This document shows positions 62,401-64,000 of a DNA stretch of 64,000 nucleotides, one piece after another. The position numbers and the translations under genes were made by a program. The notes below the pieces were generated by a model. It was not told the DNA's origin. It was given only the letters and a program-made list of their open reading frames with translations, and searched no databases. The number at the start of each line of letters is the position of its first letter. The stretch's first letter is position 1. Location of the stretch: positions 160,944 through 224,943 of the forward strand of contig VJWM01000250.1 in NCBI GenBank assembly GCA_010909165.1. Direction: 5' to 3'. Source of the DNA: Anthoceros angustus (Eukaryota; Plantae; Anthocerotophyta).

Positions 62401-63439
62401 TGCGTACGCCACAAGAAGGTCTGGTGAGGAACCTTGGCGGGGGGAAAGAGGTCACCCAGCATGAGCTTGAAGTCACCAGCCTTTTCCAAGTGCAGATGGT
62501 AGAATCCTCTGAAGCCAATCAGGCCCAGGGACGGGGGCAACTAAATCTAAAGACAGCTGGATCCTGCAGTGTTTCTGAACTTTCTTTTGATTGGGAAAGT
62601 AGAGGCCCCTATGAGGATGCTGTGTGGAGGTGACCGCCAGGTGGATTCTTTTGTACTGGCATCTGCCTTTTTCCACAGTGTCACGCCTGATGGAATGGTT
62701 TTGATTTGCAGGTTGGTGGGAGAAGGGAAGTTAATGGACGCTCTAGCTCTAGCAGATAGGTGGCTTTGTGATGGAGCTCCTGATCGGTTGCTGGAGCTGC
62801 TTGTAGAGAAGGGACAGGGCAGTGCAGAACAATCTACACAGTGGCATGCCCAAGGAGCACATTCCAACTCCTGGAACAATAGTTGGCAGTATTGCATCCG
62901 TCTACGAGACAAGAATCTTGCTGCAGAGCTGGCACTTAGGTAAGGGCCCATTGTAGTTGCTTTGGAAGAGTTTCATGAGGAATTGGCTGTCAGGCGGAGA
63001 AGGGTTGTAAATCTAATGCCTAGGTCCTTATCTGACTTTGTTCCAAAGCTTTGAAGGCTCCCTTACTCTCCATTAATGACGTTTTGGAGACCTCTGCTCT
63101 TGAAGTGGGAAGCTGCTTTGGGGTGTAGAACTTGAATGATGTTGTCCACCTTGATATTTGTGGTATTTTTGCCCTGCAGGTATCTTGATGGCTGGGAGCT
63201 TGCTGCTGCTATAGATGTTTTAACCATGTGCAAGTGTCAGTTGTTGCCGAATGAACCACAGTATCAGAAGGTGCCAGTGATATACTGCTTCTGACTTTTC
63301 TGGCCTTTTGCAGCGAAACTATACATCCTTAATGCTTCCCCTGCCAAGTTTACTCTTGCAGGTGTCAGAAAGGAGGGATGCGCTTTTGCAGTTCAGCAGG
63401 ATCATGCAGGCTGATGCTGAATTTGTGAAATGGCAAGAG
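56432..63439 (+). CDS. ZFYVE26: ZFYVE26/spastizin (SPG15)-like protein, plant type (Arabidopsis At2g25730 family), multi-exon, 3' part beyond window
   Basis: Family-like peptides recognised from memory: NNLFYSQYEQFRA..VLWSESIPS; PFPHLQPIIAVMGWDLL; GKLHNIVKALADD; DTTHDFNFFSLI; FPILNRWIQMQVNL; SFDWE..PYEDAV; GKLMDALALADR; NSWQYCIRLRDK..WELAAAIDVLTMC. Short GT-AG introns, e.g. 56805-56878 (frame-restoring) and 57561-57660. Last exon seen is 63362-63439. Confidence 0.9.
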
Positions 63440-63489
63440 GTATGCATTGTTGCTGTTGGGGAAGCATGTGTCGCCTTCTTGACTTAGCT

Positions 63490-64000
63490 TCTGATCATGT
63501 CACAAATGATGCGATGAGCATGGGTCCACATACATCACGTGAACCAACTCAAGAGGTTTACTCCTAACCTCTTGTTCGATGTGATGATTTTGTCATTTCC
63601 CATATAAGCAGTGCTCACACATCGAGAGATCGGAGAAGTTAAAATAGGGGATATAATAACGAGATAAAACCTTCATTCCCTTACGAGACATATGTCTCCA
63701 GCAATGCCACAAGGAAACATTTGGCTGCTCTGTTACGATCACATGATCTTTGTGATGTTTACACGAAGTGAGTACAAAGTGCCACACTTGATCCGTAACA
63801 CAAGAGAACCTTTGGAGATCTTCCAAAGTGATCCCCAAACCGTGATGGTAACCAGCATCATCAAGCATCTGCGCTAATCATGCTCTTTGTCAACTTGAAC
63901 ATGCTAACGTCCTTGACATGAATGAAGATCCGTTGTCAAACTTGAGTTGCACATCACCTCGCTGCGATCGGCATGCGTAGTTATTTCAAGCCTAACGCAT
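63490..64000 (-). mobile_element. Ty1/Copia fragment (GAG-pre-integrase/integrase start) inside an intron
   Basis: LWHCWRHMSRKGM...CEHCLYGK followed by an LELVH.DVCGPM-like sequence on the minus strand, starting ~50 bp after a GT donor. Confidence 0.82.

Overview
Eukaryotic, plant-type window, probably from a non-seed land plant (short GT-AG introns). About 55 kb is a nested transposon graveyard, followed by the 5' part of one host gene, a ZFYVE26/spastizin (SPG15)-like gene (56432 to >63439, +). The TE block contains: two tandem Athila-like Ty3/Gypsy elements whose ~3.4-3.8 kb LTRs each contain a decayed protein-coding ORF; several Ty1/Copia elements; a chromovirus with nested insertions and an internal inversion; a CACTA end; and a TIR element carrying a palindromic minisatellite. 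The standout is a 6.2-kb retroelement (30760-37002) inserted into a Copia gag. It encodes gag/aspartic protease, a DNMT3-like C5-cytosine methyltransferase and a PHD finger. Its ends are split direct repeats (A1-internal-B1-A2-B2) with TG..CA termini, a short TSD and an internal palindromic CA-gc-TG junction. A second oddity is LTR elements with 5'-AG..CT-3' termini, confirmed by a TSD for one Copia. Most TE reading frames are broken by small deletions, which may partly be long-read assembly error. All protein assignments are by eye from motifs; no searches were run.
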